The notes under the pieces: model-generated
Seen by the model: only the letters and a program-made list of their open reading frames with translations
Told to the model about the DNA's origin: nothing
Databases searched by the model: none
Assembly: GCA_964410185.1 (NCBI GenBank)
Contig: CAYPFM010000004.1
Span: 4,134-68,133, forward strand
Length of the DNA: 64,000 bases
Source: an uncultured Candidatus Saccharibacteria bacterium
Lineage (GTDB): Bacteria > Patescibacteriota > Saccharimonadia > Saccharimonadales > JAUPVS01
Direction of reading: 5' to 3'
Part shown: piece after piece, positions 47,372 through 58,047 of the stretch
How the letters are laid out: each line of letters starts with the position of its first letter
How positions within the stretch are numbered: the stretch's first letter is position 1
Made by a program: the position numbers and the translations under genes

Positions 47372-50182
47372 ATGAGCGACGCGATTGTAGTTAAGGGAGC
47401 CCGCGAACATAACCTCAAGAATATTGATGTTACTATTCCGCGCGGCAAACTTGTGGTCATTACCGGGCTATCTGGCTCGGGTAAGTCATCGTTGGCGTTT
47501 GATACGATTTATGCCGAAGGCCAGCGCCGCTACGTCGAGTCGCTCAGTTCTTACGCTCGTCAGTTTTTAGGTTTGATGGAAAAGCCCGATGTCGACCAGA
47601 TTGACGGCCTCAGCCCAGCTATTTCGATTGACCAGAAGTCGACTAGTCGCAACCCACGTTCGACCGTTGCGACCGTCACCGAGATCTATGATTACTTACG
47701 TTTACTCTATGCTCGCATTGGTGTGCCGCATTGCCCGGTTTGTAGCAAGCCAGTGGCCCGCACTACCAGTGCTGCCATAGTCGACCAAATTACCAGCTTA
47801 CCTAAAGATGCCAAGCTTATGATTCTGGCACCGATTGTATTGGCAAAAAAAGGCGCCTTTGAGCATATACCCGAACAGTATGGTCGGGCTGGTTTTGCCC
47901 GGGCGCGCGTCGATGGTGTGGTTTACGCACTGGATGAATTCCCGCAACTCGACAAAAACTATAAACACACCATCGAGATTGTGGTTGACCGTTTGGTTAA
48001 TTCTGACGAAAGCCGTGGACGCCTGGTGCAATCAGTTGAGCAAGCGTTGGAGGTTGCTGACGGTAAGGTTGCGGTCCTGAATGCCGATACTAATGCCGAG
48101 ACGGCCTATAGCCTCAAATACGGTTGTTTAGATCATCCCGATGTTGCCATTCCCGAGCTTGAACCACGGACCTTTAGTTTTAATAGCCCACAGGGTGCTT
48201 GTCCCGTTTGCACGGGGCTTGGCTCTCGTTTAGAGGTTGACCCCGAACTGGTCATCCCAAATGGACGACTAACGCTCGCAGAGGGCGCCGTACGGCCGTA
48301 CAACCGTATAAATACCGATAACTGGTATATGAAAAAGCTGCAAGCAGTTGCCGAACGGTACGGTTTTAGTACGCAAGTACCAACGAGTGAGCTAACCGAA
48401 GATCAGGTCCAGAAGATTCTGTATGGTACAGGCAACGAAACCTACAAGGTTGCCTTGGGTGTGGGCCGGAGTTTTGAGACCACCTATGAAGGTGTTATCC
48501 CAAACCTGGAACGACGTCACAAAGAGACCGACAGCGACTTTATGCGCCGCGATATCGAGCGCTTCATGCAAGAACGCCCCTGCCACGCCTGCCATGGCCG
48601 TCGGCTCAAGCCCGAGGTTTTGGCCATTACCGTGGGTGGTCAGTCAATTATGGACGTATGTGAGCTTTCGATTGATGACGCCGTCGACTTTTTCAATAAC
48701 CTCAAGCTGAACGAAAAAGATGCCCATATTGCGACGCAGGTCTTTAAGGAAGTGTGTTCACGTTTACAATTTTTGCAGGACGTTGGGCTAAACTATCTAA
48801 CCTTGTTGCGGAGCGCGGTGACGTTAAGTGGTGGGGAAGCGCAACGAATTCGCTTGGCCACTCAGATTGGTTCGGGTCTGCAAGGCGTCTTGTATGTGCT
48901 TGACGAGCCATCGATTGGTTTGCACCAGCGTGATAACGAACGGCTAATCCGAACTCTCAAACACTTGCGCGATCTTGGTAACACCGTCATCGTGGTTGAG
49001 CATGACGAAGATACCATTCGCACCGCCGACTTCTTGCTGGATATTGGCCCTGGCGCGGGTGTGCATGGTGGTCACGTGGTGGCATCTGGTACGCCGGAAG
49101 CTGTGGCCAAGGTCCCCAAGAGTGTCACCGGCCAGTACCTACGTGGCGAAAAAACCATCCCAGTTCCCAAGAAACGCCGCAAAGGGAATGGCAAGGAGCT
49201 GGTTATCAAGGGTGCCCGCGAGAATAACTTACAAAATGTTACCGCCACCATCCCACTTGGCGAAATGGTCGTCGTAACTGGTGTTTCGGGTTCGGGTAAA
49301 TCCAGCCTGATCAATGACATCTTGGCCAAAGAGTTGCAGGCTCGTTTGCACCGCGCTAACACTGTTCCTGGTCGTCACGATGACATTGAGGGCATCAAGC
49401 AACTAGATAAAGCGATCGTGATTGACCAGTCACCGATTGGCCGGACCCCACGTTCTAATCCAGCTACCTACACCGGTCTCTTTACGCCGATTCGTGAATT
49501 ATTTGCCAGTACGCCCGAAGCCAAGCTACGTGGTTACGCAGCTGGTCGCTTCAGCTTTAACGTCAAAGGTGGTCGCTGCGAGAACTGTGCCGGTGACGGC
49601 ATTATCAAGATCGAAATGCACTTTTTGCCCGATGTCTACGTGCCATGCGAGGTTTGTCATGGCCAGCGATACAATCGTGAAGCGTTAGAAATTCACTACA
49701 AAGGCAAAACGATTAGTGACGTGCTGGGTATGACGTGTGAAGCGGCGCTTGAATTCTTTGGCAACATCCCGGCGATTGCGCGCAAATTGCAGACGTTGGT
49801 TGACGTTGGTTTGGGTTACATCGCTCTGGGGCAGTCAGCGACAACTCTCAGCGGTGGGGAAGCGCAGCGTATCAAGTTGGCCACTGAACTGTCGCGTCGT
49901 CCCACTGGCCGCACCTTGTATATCTTAGACGAGCCAACCACCGGCTTGCACATGGCCGATATTGCCAAGCTGCTACATGTCTTGCACGCCCTGGTTGACG
50001 CCGGCAACAGCATGATTATTATCGAACATAACTTGGACGTCATTAAGGCTGCCGATCACATTATTGATATGGGCCCCGAAGGTGGTAGCGGCGGCGGTCA
50101 GATTATCGCCGAAGGTACGCCAGAACAGGTTGCCAAGGTCGCCAAGTCATACACCGGCCAGTTCCTCAAACGAATGCTCTAA
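47372..50182 (+). CDS. uvrA: excinuclease ABC subunit A
   Basis: It has two ABC modules (GLSGSGKSS and GVSGSGKSS), LSGGEAQR twice, and zinc-finger Cys pairs. Confidence 0.97.
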   Translation: MSDAIVVKGAREHNLKNIDVTIPRGKLVVITGLSGSGKSSLAFDTIYAEGQRRYVESLSSYARQFLGLMEKPDVDQIDGLSPAISIDQKSTSRNPRSTVATVTEIYDYLRLLYARIGVPHCPVCSKPVARTTSAAIVDQITSLPKDAKLMILAPIVLAKKGAFEHIPEQYGRAGFARARVDGVVYALDEFPQLDKNYKHTIEIVVDRLVNSDESRGRLVQSVEQALEVADGKVAVLNADTNAETAYSLKYGCLDHPDVAIPELEPRTFSFNSPQGACPVCTGLGSRLEVDPELVIPNGRLTLAEGAVRPYNRINTDNWYMKKLQAVAERYGFSTQVPTSELTEDQVQKILYGTGNETYKVALGVGRSFETTYEGVIPNLERRHKETDSDFMRRDIERFMQERPCHACHGRRLKPEVLAITVGGQSIMDVCELSIDDAVDFFNNLKLNEKDAHIATQVFKEVCSRLQFLQDVGLNYLTLLRSAVTLSGGEAQRIRLATQIGSGLQGVLYVLDEPSIGLHQRDNERLIRTLKHLRDLGNTVIVVEHDEDTIRTADFLLDIGPGAGVHGGHVVASGTPEAVAKVPKSVTGQYLRGEKTIPVPKKRRKGNGKELVIKGARENNLQNVTATIPLGEMVVVTGVSGSGKSSLINDILAKELQARLHRANTVPGRHDDIEGIKQLDKAIVIDQSPIGRTPRSNPATYTGLFTPIRELFASTPEAKLRGYAAGRFSFNVKGGRCENCAGDGIIKIEMHFLPDVYVPCEVCHGQRYNREALEIHYKGKTISDVLGMTCEAALEFFGNIPAIARKLQTLVDVGLGYIALGQSATTLSGGEAQRIKLATELSRRPTGRTLYILDEPTTGLHMADIAKLLHVLHALVDAGNSMIIIEHNLDVIKAADHIIDMGPEGGSGGGQIIAEGTPEQVAKVAKSYTGQFLKRML

Positions 50183-51979
50183 TTAAGCCTGCGGCACGCC
50201 AATGTAACCACCACTCTGGTGAGCCCACAGCTTGGCATAGATACCATCGCTATTCTTCAATAGCGATTCATGAGTGCCAAGTTCAACAATCTTGCCCTTA
50301 TTCATAACGGCGATTTTGTCCATTTTCTGAATTGTACTCAGGCGGTGAGCAATAACTAAGGCAGTGCGGTTTTCCATCAACTTAAATAGAGCCTTCTGAA
50401 TGTATTGCTCGCTCTTGCTGTCCAGAGAGCTGGTGGCTTCGTCCAGCACCAGGATGGGAGCGTCTTTCAGTAAGGCGCGGGCAATGGCTACTCGCTGGCG
50501 CTGACCACCCGACAGCTTGACGCCGCGTTCACCAACCAGCGTATCGTAGCCTTTGGGTAGATCCTTTATGAACTCGTCAACATAGGCCTTTTTGCCAACG
50601 GCCCGAATCGCGGCATTGTTGGCACTTGGTTTGCCGTAGGCAATATTTTCGCTAATACTGCGGTGGAAGAGTAGCGGTTCCTGGGGAACATAGGCAATTT
50701 TGGTTCGGAGCTGATGTTGCGAGAGCTGCCGTATGTCAATGCCATCAATCGTGATAGAACCATCACTGACATCCATAAAACGGAGCAACAGCTTGGTCAG
50801 GGTGGTCTTGCCACTACCGGAGTAGCCAACCAGGCCGACCTTTTCTCCCTGCGAAATCTCTAAACTAAAATTCTTGACGGCGTTGGTGTTCTTGGCGGTG
50901 TCGTTATACCGATAGGTCACATTGCGGAGGGCGATATTAAACTTGGCGCTGCGCGGCAACCGTTTTGGGTGTGGGATATCAACCACGGCGGGCTTGATAA
51001 GCATGGTCTTCATGGCTTGATGGGCTGCACTCATAGTTGACTCGTAGGCTTTGATTAAGTCGGCGATATCTTGTGTCGCCACAACAAGTTTAATGACATA
51101 CAACTGAACCAGAATTACGATGGCGATAGAGATGGTGTGATTTTGATAAAGGCGTGACGTAATAATCAGGAGTAAAAACGTGGCTATGGAGGCCAAAATC
51201 ATACGCCCCAAGTCGGCTGGTATGGAGGTCATCCAAGAAAGGTATTGCACGTCAGCCAGTTTGTTCAGGGAGATGTTCATTCGTTTTGTTTCGTACTGCT
51301 CAGCAGCAAAACTTTTAACGGTCAGACCATGGGCGAGGGCATCGCTAATAACGCCAGCCGTTTCGCTGTTGGCTTCGCTCAACATGCGTCGAAACCGTAT
51401 CCGCCACTTGGTAATTGCGATTGTGAAACTAAGAACCAGTAGCATCGATAGTAGGGTGACGGCCGCCAGGGCCAGCGACTGATAGCCGATAATCAAAATA
51501 CTGGAGACGACAATGATGACCTGCTTTACGAACCCGTTGAACAAAAGCTGGTCGTAGTCATCAAGTGACTCACGCAAACGGGTTGCCTGGGAGCCAAGTG
51601 CTCCAAGGTAGGTGTTATTGAGAAACTCGTAATCTTTCTCTAGGTAATTGCTAAAAACCACGCGCTGCACGTACTTCATGGCCGCCCGAGCATTGCGAAT
51701 GACCGCGTAACCGCCAACACCCCACAACAGACAGTAGGCAATCGCCAAGACGAGTATAGAAAAAGCATAGCCAGGCACTTTGTCGAACTGTTGGGTGATA
51801 ATTGCCTGCAAACCATAGGCCACCTGGAAAGGAATAAGAATATTGTAAACCAGCAAAGCCAGAGGGCGCGTCAAGAACCAGACGGTAATTCCCGGCACAT
51901 CCTCTAGCCAGGCCCGCCGGAAAAGGCGATGAATAGCGCGGGCGGCCTCACGGTCGCGAGTAGTATACGTCCCCAACAT
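50183..51979 (-). CDS. ABC exporter, fused permease/ATPase (MsbA-like)
   Basis: It carries GYSGSGKTT, LSGGQRQR and ILVLDEATS. The N-terminal domain has 6 TM segments. Confidence 0.9.
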   Translation of the reverse strand: MLGTYTTRDREAARAIHRLFRRAWLEDVPGITVWFLTRPLALLVYNILIPFQVAYGLQAIITQQFDKVPGYAFSILVLAIAYCLLWGVGGYAVIRNARAAMKYVQRVVFSNYLEKDYEFLNNTYLGALGSQATRLRESLDDYDQLLFNGFVKQVIIVVSSILIIGYQSLALAAVTLLSMLLVLSFTIAITKWRIRFRRMLSEANSETAGVISDALAHGLTVKSFAAEQYETKRMNISLNKLADVQYLSWMTSIPADLGRMILASIATFLLLIITSRLYQNHTISIAIVILVQLYVIKLVVATQDIADLIKAYESTMSAAHQAMKTMLIKPAVVDIPHPKRLPRSAKFNIALRNVTYRYNDTAKNTNAVKNFSLEISQGEKVGLVGYSGSGKTTLTKLLLRFMDVSDGSITIDGIDIRQLSQHQLRTKIAYVPQEPLLFHRSISENIAYGKPSANNAAIRAVGKKAYVDEFIKDLPKGYDTLVGERGVKLSGGQRQRVAIARALLKDAPILVLDEATSSLDSKSEQYIQKALFKLMENRTALVIAHRLSTIQKMDKIAVMNKGKIVELGTHESLLKNSDGIYAKLWAHQSGGYIGVPQA

Positions 51980-52003
51980 AATGTCGACAGTATAGCAGCA
52001 AAA

Positions 52004-52654
52004 TTATTTAGCTGGTGAACGACGAGTGATTTTGGCCCACAGATCGTGGCGAATCTTCTTATCTTTGATGATATGTAAAATCATCGGACTAAACGTAAAC
52101 AAGGTGGCTATCAACACCATTGGCAGTAGGTACTTATCGATGTTAGGAATCTTGCTGCCTAGCCAATGACCAAGCATGATGACACCACCACCCCAGAGTG
52201 TCGCGCCAACAATGTTAAAGGACAAAAAGCGCTTGTACTTCATTTTGCCAACGCCAGCCACGAGTGGTGCGAAGGTCCGGATGATTGGTACGAAACGAGC
52301 CAGGATGATTGTTTTGCCACCGTGTTTTTCGTAGAATGCCTCGGCTTTAGTAATGTATTCTTGACGGAAGAACAGGCCGTCTTCTTTACGAAAAATTTTG
52401 TGCCCAGTGCGACGGCCGATTGTGTAGCCAACGCTATCACCGATAATTGCTGAAACAATTACGACAAGTAAGAGCCAGCCGAGCGGTAGTTTGCCTTGGG
52501 CGGCAAAAAAACCGGCTGTGAACAAAAGTGTGTCACCAGGCAGGAAAAAGCCGATCAGGAGACCAGACTCAGCGAAAACCATACCGCCAATCAGCAGGAG
52601 GCCGGTTAGGACGCCGGCGCTTTGCAAAAGGTGCTCAGGATTAATACCAAACAT
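52004..52654 (-). CDS. DedA-family membrane protein
   Basis: It carries GFFLPGDTLLFTAGF and a DedA-type topology. Confidence 0.85.
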   Translation of the reverse strand: MFGINPEHLLQSAGVLTGLLLIGGMVFAESGLLIGFFLPGDTLLFTAGFFAAQGKLPLGWLLLVVIVSAIIGDSVGYTIGRRTGHKIFRKEDGLFFRQEYITKAEAFYEKHGGKTIILARFVPIIRTFAPLVAGVGKMKYKRFLSFNIVGATLWGGGVIMLGHWLGSKIPNIDKYLLPMVLIATLFTFSPMILHIIKDKKIRHDLWAKITRRSPAK

Positions 52655-52700
52655 GTCACCCTAGCTTAACCTAGATGCCCACCTACCGTCTAGGGAAAAA

Positions 52701-52777
52701 AGCATATGAGCAGTCGTGAACGCTGCTTCTGCAGGCCGTTAGGCCGAAGTCGCAGCGTGAAGTATTGCTCATATGCT
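52701..52777. repeat. conserved-core hairpin element, copy D (divergent)
   Basis: A 12-bp outer stem (AGCATATGAGCA / TGCTCATATGCT) and a 7-bp inner stem (ACGCTGC / GCAGCGT) enclose the core TTCTGCAGGCCGTTAGGCCGAAGTC. Confidence 0.75.
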
Positions 52778-52810
52778 GCTATACTATAGGTTACAAACCA
52801 AGGAGGAACA

Positions 52811-53482
52811 GTGTCTACCCAACAGGATATTTCGATTACATTACAAAACCGTGAAGCTTTGGGCAAGGCCGTCAAACAATTACGTAAAGATGGTCAGGTG
52901 CCAGCTGTTATTCATGATCACGGAAAGCCGTCGATTCATGTTATGGCTGCCTATGTACCAATGTTCAAGGTCTATCGTGAAGCCGGTAAACACCATCCCG
53001 TCCACCTAACAGTTGATGGCAAGAAGTATCTCGCCATTATCCGCGACGCTGATTTTGAGCCTCGTAAGAACATGCTTCGTCATGTTGTTTTTAACGCCAT
53101 CGAACAGAATAAGCCAGTTGAAACCGAAGTCCCAATCATCTTTGAAGGTGATGCTGAGGCCGAGAAGGTTGGCTTTATGGTTCTACGACAGCTCGATAAC
53201 ATCGAACTCAAGGCTCTACCGAAAGATTTGCCCGACCAGGTCGTGGTTGATATTTCTGGCCTGGCCGCAGTCGGCGATAAACTGCATGTATCTGATATCG
53301 TCGTGCCAACAGGTGTGACTATTCTGACAGACGCCGAACATCCGGTTGCTATGGTGGATGAGCCACGCTCACTGGCCGCTGCTCAAGCCGAAGAAGATGA
53401 AGCTGCTGCTGCCGAAGCCGCCGAAGCTGCGGGCGAAACCGCCCCAGCTGCTGACAACAAAGAAGCTTCCGAAGACGAGTAA
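52811..53482 (+). CDS. rplY: ribosomal protein L25/Ctc family
   Basis: It starts at GTG after an AAGGAGG SD. It carries LRKDGQVPAVIH. The C-terminal tail is acidic and Ala-rich. Confidence 0.85.
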   Translation: MSTQQDISITLQNREALGKAVKQLRKDGQVPAVIHDHGKPSIHVMAAYVPMFKVYREAGKHHPVHLTVDGKKYLAIIRDADFEPRKNMLRHVVFNAIEQNKPVETEVPIIFEGDAEAEKVGFMVLRQLDNIELKALPKDLPDQVVVDISGLAAVGDKLHVSDIVVPTGVTILTDAEHPVAMVDEPRSLAAAQAEEDEAAAAEAAEAAGETAPAADNKEASEDE

Positions 53483-53488
53483 TAAACA

Positions 53489-54280
53489 ATGGGCGGGACC
53501 GAGGCTGCGGCTTTTAACGGAAACGCCGAAAAATTCGCTGACTACGCCGAGACCGTTCGCGGTTATGTGCGCTACGAAGTGGTGCACCGGAATCTAGCTG
53601 AGTTAGTTGCTTCTGGTCCGCTTGATGTGGTTGATATTGGCGGTGGTGCTGGTATTGATACGCTTTGGCTGGCTGAGCTCGGGCATACCGTTACACTGAT
53701 AGAACCAGCCCAAGACCAGTTGGAGCTTGCTCACGAACGAATCGCGCAAGCGCCCGAGGCAGTTCAAGCCAGGATCACCTGGATCAAAGATGGCATAGAC
53801 ACGGTGCCGAACTTAGCCGGACGCTTTGATTTGGCGCTGTCACACGGAGTGGCGATGTATATGCCCAGTCCACAGGCCTACATCAAGAAGCTCACCAGCT
53901 TATTAAAGCCAGGTGGTCGGCTTTCGGTGCTAGAAGGCAACTACTTTGGTAAGGAGGCGGAACTGGTTGTTGACCAAAAATGGTCAGACCTCAAACCGTT
54001 TCAACAAACCCAAAGAACCACCAATAATGTTGATCGGGAAGCCCATTACTTTAAGCCGCCCGAACTGCGTGATGTGTTGCAACGCAATGGCATTAATCTG
54101 CAGGCGTGGAGGGGAGTTCGTGTCATTAGTGACAACATGCACCAACCGATTACTGATTTCACACCGGCTGAGCTGCGTGCAATTGTTGATGTTGAGTACT
54201 CACAAGGTCGAGAAGAACATATCCGATGGCACGCCCAAATGCTTCATTTCATCGGCCAAAAAGTTCCCACCCAAAACTAA
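53489..54280 (+). CDS. class I SAM-dependent methyltransferase
   Basis: The SAM motif is VVDIGGGAGIDTLWLAELGH. Confidence 0.75.
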   Translation: MGGTEAAAFNGNAEKFADYAETVRGYVRYEVVHRNLAELVASGPLDVVDIGGGAGIDTLWLAELGHTVTLIEPAQDQLELAHERIAQAPEAVQARITWIKDGIDTVPNLAGRFDLALSHGVAMYMPSPQAYIKKLTSLLKPGGRLSVLEGNYFGKEAELVVDQKWSDLKPFQQTQRTTNNVDREAHYFKPPELRDVLQRNGINLQAWRGVRVISDNMHQPITDFTPAELRAIVDVEYSQGREEHIRWHAQMLHFIGQKVPTQN

Positions 54281-56059
54281 CTAGTCTTCTAAAAATCCTC
54301 CGCTCTGGTGGGCCCACAGCTTGGCGTAGAGACCTTTCTTGGCAAGCAGTTCATCATGTGAGCCACTTTCGGCAATACGCCCCTTATCAATCACAAGCAC
54401 GCGATCCATGTTACGAAGTGTCGACAAACGGTGGGCAATTGCGATAACTGTTTTATGTTGCCACAGAGCCTCGAGCGCTTCTTGCACGAGCACTTCACTC
54501 TCGGAGTCGAGGGCACTGGTGGCTTCGTCCAAAATTAAGATTGGCTTGTTGTCGAGGAAGGCGCGCGCGATGGCAATGCGCTGGCGCTGACCAGCAGACA
54601 GCTTGACGCCGCGTTCACCAACCAGGGTGTCATAGCCACCACTTATCTTGGCGATAAACTCATCGGCATGAGCCTGCTTGGCCGCGTTGACGACCTCATT
54701 CCGTGTAACTGGGCGACTGGTGGCGTAGGCAATGTTTTCGGCTATGGTGCGGTGAAAGAGGCTGGTGTCCTGGGGAACATACGAAATCAGCTGCGAGACT
54801 ACGGCCGAGTTAACGGCTTCTCCGTCGAGGCGAAGTGAACCCGACTTAATCTCGTAGTAATCAAGCAATAGTTTGGTCAGTGTTGTCTTGCCACTCCCGC
54901 TTTTACCAACGATACCAATCTTCTCGCCCTTGCGTATTGTAAGTGAGATATCGGTCAAGACATCGACATCGGCTTTGTCGGGGTAGGCAAAACTGATGTG
55001 ATCTAACGCGAGACTCTCATTCAGATGCTTGGTCGGTTCGGCCGTTTTAAGAAGATCAGAGGTTGTATCGATTATCGTTTTACCAAACAGATAGACGTGC
55101 GCCTCTTCCATGCGTGACAAACGCAGGTTGAATTGCGACAAGTACCAGACTCCTTCCCAGACCGTGGTTGAGAACAGCAAAATAGCAGAAAGTAGTGTCG
55201 CCAATTGTGTAATGCTCAATTGATGATGCAAGAAGAGGTAAACGTTCATGACGATCGTAATCGTCCAAATCAGGTCGCGAACAAAAAACGACATGCTGGC
55301 CCAGAACCACATTGACCATACATAGGACTGGTTGGCGCGCTTCAATGTCTTGGTCTGTTCGCTGGCGATGATTGCTGATTCTTCACGTTCTTTATGGAAA
55401 GACTTAACGTTTACAAAGTTGGCGATGGTATCGATGATTTTGCCATTCTTTGTCGACTGGGTATCAGCCAGAAGACCTTCGTATTTGGCACTGTTTTTAA
55501 TGGTGTGCCGCCCAACTAAGTACATACCGATAAGACCGGTGATGAATATAACCCCAGTTTGCCAGTTAATCGAAGCCAGGATAAAGATTAAGGCAACCAG
55601 GCTCACTGCCTGAGCGGTGTAGTTATAACAGAGGTTTTCGATAAAATCGCGGAGCTCTTGGCTGAGGTTGGTGATATATGATGCCACCTTACCGGTGAAC
55701 TTATCAACAAAGTAGGGGTATGGTCGGGATATCACCTTTTGAAACAGGATGTTCTCGTACGTGTAGCTCAACGCTTTCACCAGCTTTAGATAGACGAATT
55801 CACTAAATCGCCAAGCCAGGTTGTGCCCACTACTGAGGGCAATTAACACAATAGTTAAAACGATAACCTGGTGATGATTTGGGGTTGGGGCCGCCAAAGC
55901 CCCAACCAACTTACCGATGTAAACGGGGATCACCGCCAGCATTAAGTCGGCGATTATGAAGCAGGCGAACACTATTACAAAGCGCAGCTTGAATCTCGCC
56001 ATGTAGCGTAGGAAGGAGCGCAACGAGTAATACTGCTTTTTTGGTTTGCGTTTAGTCAT
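54281..56059 (-). CDS. ABC exporter, fused permease/ATPase
   Basis: It carries GKSGSGKTT, LSAGQRQR and ILILDEATS. The start was chosen at MTKRKPKK, overlapping the upstream ABC gene by 8 nt. Confidence 0.9.
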   Translation of the reverse strand: MTKRKPKKQYYSLRSFLRYMARFKLRFVIVFACFIIADLMLAVIPVYIGKLVGALAAPTPNHHQVIVLTIVLIALSSGHNLAWRFSEFVYLKLVKALSYTYENILFQKVISRPYPYFVDKFTGKVASYITNLSQELRDFIENLCYNYTAQAVSLVALIFILASINWQTGVIFITGLIGMYLVGRHTIKNSAKYEGLLADTQSTKNGKIIDTIANFVNVKSFHKEREESAIIASEQTKTLKRANQSYVWSMWFWASMSFFVRDLIWTITIVMNVYLFLHHQLSITQLATLLSAILLFSTTVWEGVWYLSQFNLRLSRMEEAHVYLFGKTIIDTTSDLLKTAEPTKHLNESLALDHISFAYPDKADVDVLTDISLTIRKGEKIGIVGKSGSGKTTLTKLLLDYYEIKSGSLRLDGEAVNSAVVSQLISYVPQDTSLFHRTIAENIAYATSRPVTRNEVVNAAKQAHADEFIAKISGGYDTLVGERGVKLSAGQRQRIAIARAFLDNKPILILDEATSALDSESEVLVQEALEALWQHKTVIAIAHRLSTLRNMDRVLVIDKGRIAESGSHDELLAKKGLYAKLWAHQSGGFLED

Positions 56060-57821
56060 CGATAAATCCTCCGCTCTGGTGTGCCCACAGCTTGGCGTAG
56101 AGACCATTGTTCTTGAGTAACTCATGATGTGTCCCTTGTTCGGCTATCTCACCTTCCTTCAGAACGATAATCCGATCCATCTTCTGAATGGTACTGAGGC
56201 GGTGGGCGATTACGATGGCGGTGCGACCTTCCATCAGCTTCCATAGAGCATCTTGGATCAAGACTTCGCTCTCGGAGTCGAGGGCGCTAGTGGCCTCATC
56301 GAGCACGAGGATTGGCGCGTCTTTAATCATGGCGCGAGCAATGGCAATGCGTTGCCTTTGACCACCAGATAGCTTGATGCCGCGCTCACCAACCAAAGTG
56401 TCATAACGGTTCGGCAGCTGCTCAATAAACTCATCGGCGTGAGCAAGTTTGGCGGCCTTTTCGATTGCTGCTGAACTTGCCTTAGGATTACCGTAGGCAA
56501 TATTTTCGGATAACGATCGGTGGAAGAGCAGTGGTTCCTGGGGTACGTAAGCGATAGTTTGGCGCAGACTTTCTTGAGTGACTTGGTCAATGGCTTGGCC
56601 ATCAATCAAGATTTCTCCCGATGGAATGTCCATGAAGCGTAACAACAGTTTGGTGATAGTTGTTTTGCCGCCACCACTTGGCCCCACCAGCCCAACCCGC
56701 TCACCGGCCGCCACGCTAAAGCCCAGCTGCTTAAACAGTTCATCCTTGTTTTCGGCGTGGGCAAAAGAAACGTCCTTAAAGGCGATACTACCATCCTTAA
56801 CTTTGATTTTGCGGGCATCGGGGAGGTCCTGGACGCTGCTATCTTGGTTGAGGATTTCGGTCATTTCGGCCGCATCTGAGATATTCTGTTCGAGGTTCTT
56901 AGTAATGTTGCTAAGCCCCCACAGGTTGGCTATGGCTTGGGTGATATAGACCTGTGCCAGAATAAAGACACTGATTGTGATGGCATGATTTTTAATCGCG
57001 TATATCGACACGGTTAGTACGAGGACTTGTAGTGTCGACATCATGATGCCAAAAACCGCATCGTTCTTGATTGTTCGTATCCAGTAGGCATAGCCCTTAT
57101 TGGCTCGATCGTGAGCCAGGCTATTGTAGGCACCTAATTCATGCTTTTCGGCGGCGAACGTCTTAATAGCACCAATGTTACCCATGCTATCAGCCAAGTA
57201 GCCGGTGAGCTTGCTGTCGGCAGCGGCCCGGGCACGACCCAATGAAATTCGTCGAATCGTCAGATGAATATTGATGGCCAGAAACAAAATTGACCACAAC
57301 ACGATAACGAAGGCCAGCAGCGGTGAGTAGATGAAGAGTATGGCCGACGAGAAAAACAGCAATATAACTAGTTGCGACACGTTAATGACAAAGGTGTCCG
57401 TAACCGTGACGTAGCCGTTAACCAACCGGTTGGTCTGATTTACCAAGGCACCACTAAAGCTGTTGTTATGGAACTGCATGCTTTGGTGAATGAGATGATC
57501 ATAAATTCGCCTATGTAGGCTGACGATTACTTTGGTTTCTGTCCTAGACAGCAGTACGAGGCCGGCATCGATAAAGAATTGCGCCACAAGTGCAACTACC
57601 GCAAACAGAACGAAACGTCCAATAAATGTGCTCCACTCTAGGTTCGCCTGGTTTTTGATAATCAGATCAAAGGTACTGGCTACAATCAGCGGCAGCAATA
57701 ATTTTTGCAGCAATATACCACTGGACCACGTCAGGTTGGTGGCCAGAAACATCCACTTATGAGCAAGGTTTTCCTTGGCATACAGCTTGATAGTTTGTTT
57801 GGTGGTTGAGGTGTTTTTCAT
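56052..57821 (-). CDS. ABC exporter, fused permease/ATPase (likely heterodimer partner of 54281-56059)
   Basis: It carries GPSGGGKTT, LSGGQRQR and ILVLDEATS. Confidence 0.9.
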   Translation of the reverse strand: MKNTSTTKQTIKLYAKENLAHKWMFLATNLTWSSGILLQKLLLPLIVASTFDLIIKNQANLEWSTFIGRFVLFAVVALVAQFFIDAGLVLLSRTETKVIVSLHRRIYDHLIHQSMQFHNNSFSGALVNQTNRLVNGYVTVTDTFVINVSQLVILLFFSSAILFIYSPLLAFVIVLWSILFLAINIHLTIRRISLGRARAAADSKLTGYLADSMGNIGAIKTFAAEKHELGAYNSLAHDRANKGYAYWIRTIKNDAVFGIMMSTLQVLVLTVSIYAIKNHAITISVFILAQVYITQAIANLWGLSNITKNLEQNISDAAEMTEILNQDSSVQDLPDARKIKVKDGSIAFKDVSFAHAENKDELFKQLGFSVAAGERVGLVGPSGGGKTTITKLLLRFMDIPSGEILIDGQAIDQVTQESLRQTIAYVPQEPLLFHRSLSENIAYGNPKASSAAIEKAAKLAHADEFIEQLPNRYDTLVGERGIKLSGGQRQRIAIARAMIKDAPILVLDEATSALDSESEVLIQDALWKLMEGRTAIVIAHRLSTIQKMDRIIVLKEGEIAEQGTHHELLKNNGLYAKLWAHQSGGFIDD

Positions 57822-57823
57822 GT

Positions 57824-57844
57824 CACATCGCCTCCTGCGATGTG
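57824..57844 (-). promoter_or_regulatory. 8-bp hairpin presenting the SD sequence AGGAG in its 5-nt loop, 2 nt before the ABC exporter ATG
   Basis: The minus strand reads CACATCGC-AGGAG-GCGATGTG-AC-ATG. Confidence 0.4.
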
Positions 57845-58029
57845 GTTAGTTCGGTAAAATGAATAGTTTGTTTTGAGGAGAGATACGGAAGCGCTTAGCA
57901 CGCCATAAGGACGGGCTGATAACTGCCGAAGTTTGTTGTTTTGATCATAGCCACGTCCTTTCCGTTAGTTTTATAAAGATTCACCAATAATAACACAGCT
58001 GTCAAGCATTATCAAAGAATCATCAAAAA

Positions 58030-58038
58030 TGGTATAAT
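58030..58038 (+). promoter_or_regulatory. extended -10 box TGGTATAAT
   Basis: It lies 9 nt upstream of ATG 58048. Confidence 0.55.
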
Positions 58039-58047
58039 ATCAGCCCT

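Noticed and set aside
54097-54110. ATCTGCAGGC inside the methyltransferase gene, matching 10 nt of the hairpin core
   Set aside because: It is a coding sequence with no GGYCGAAG half and no flanking stems.
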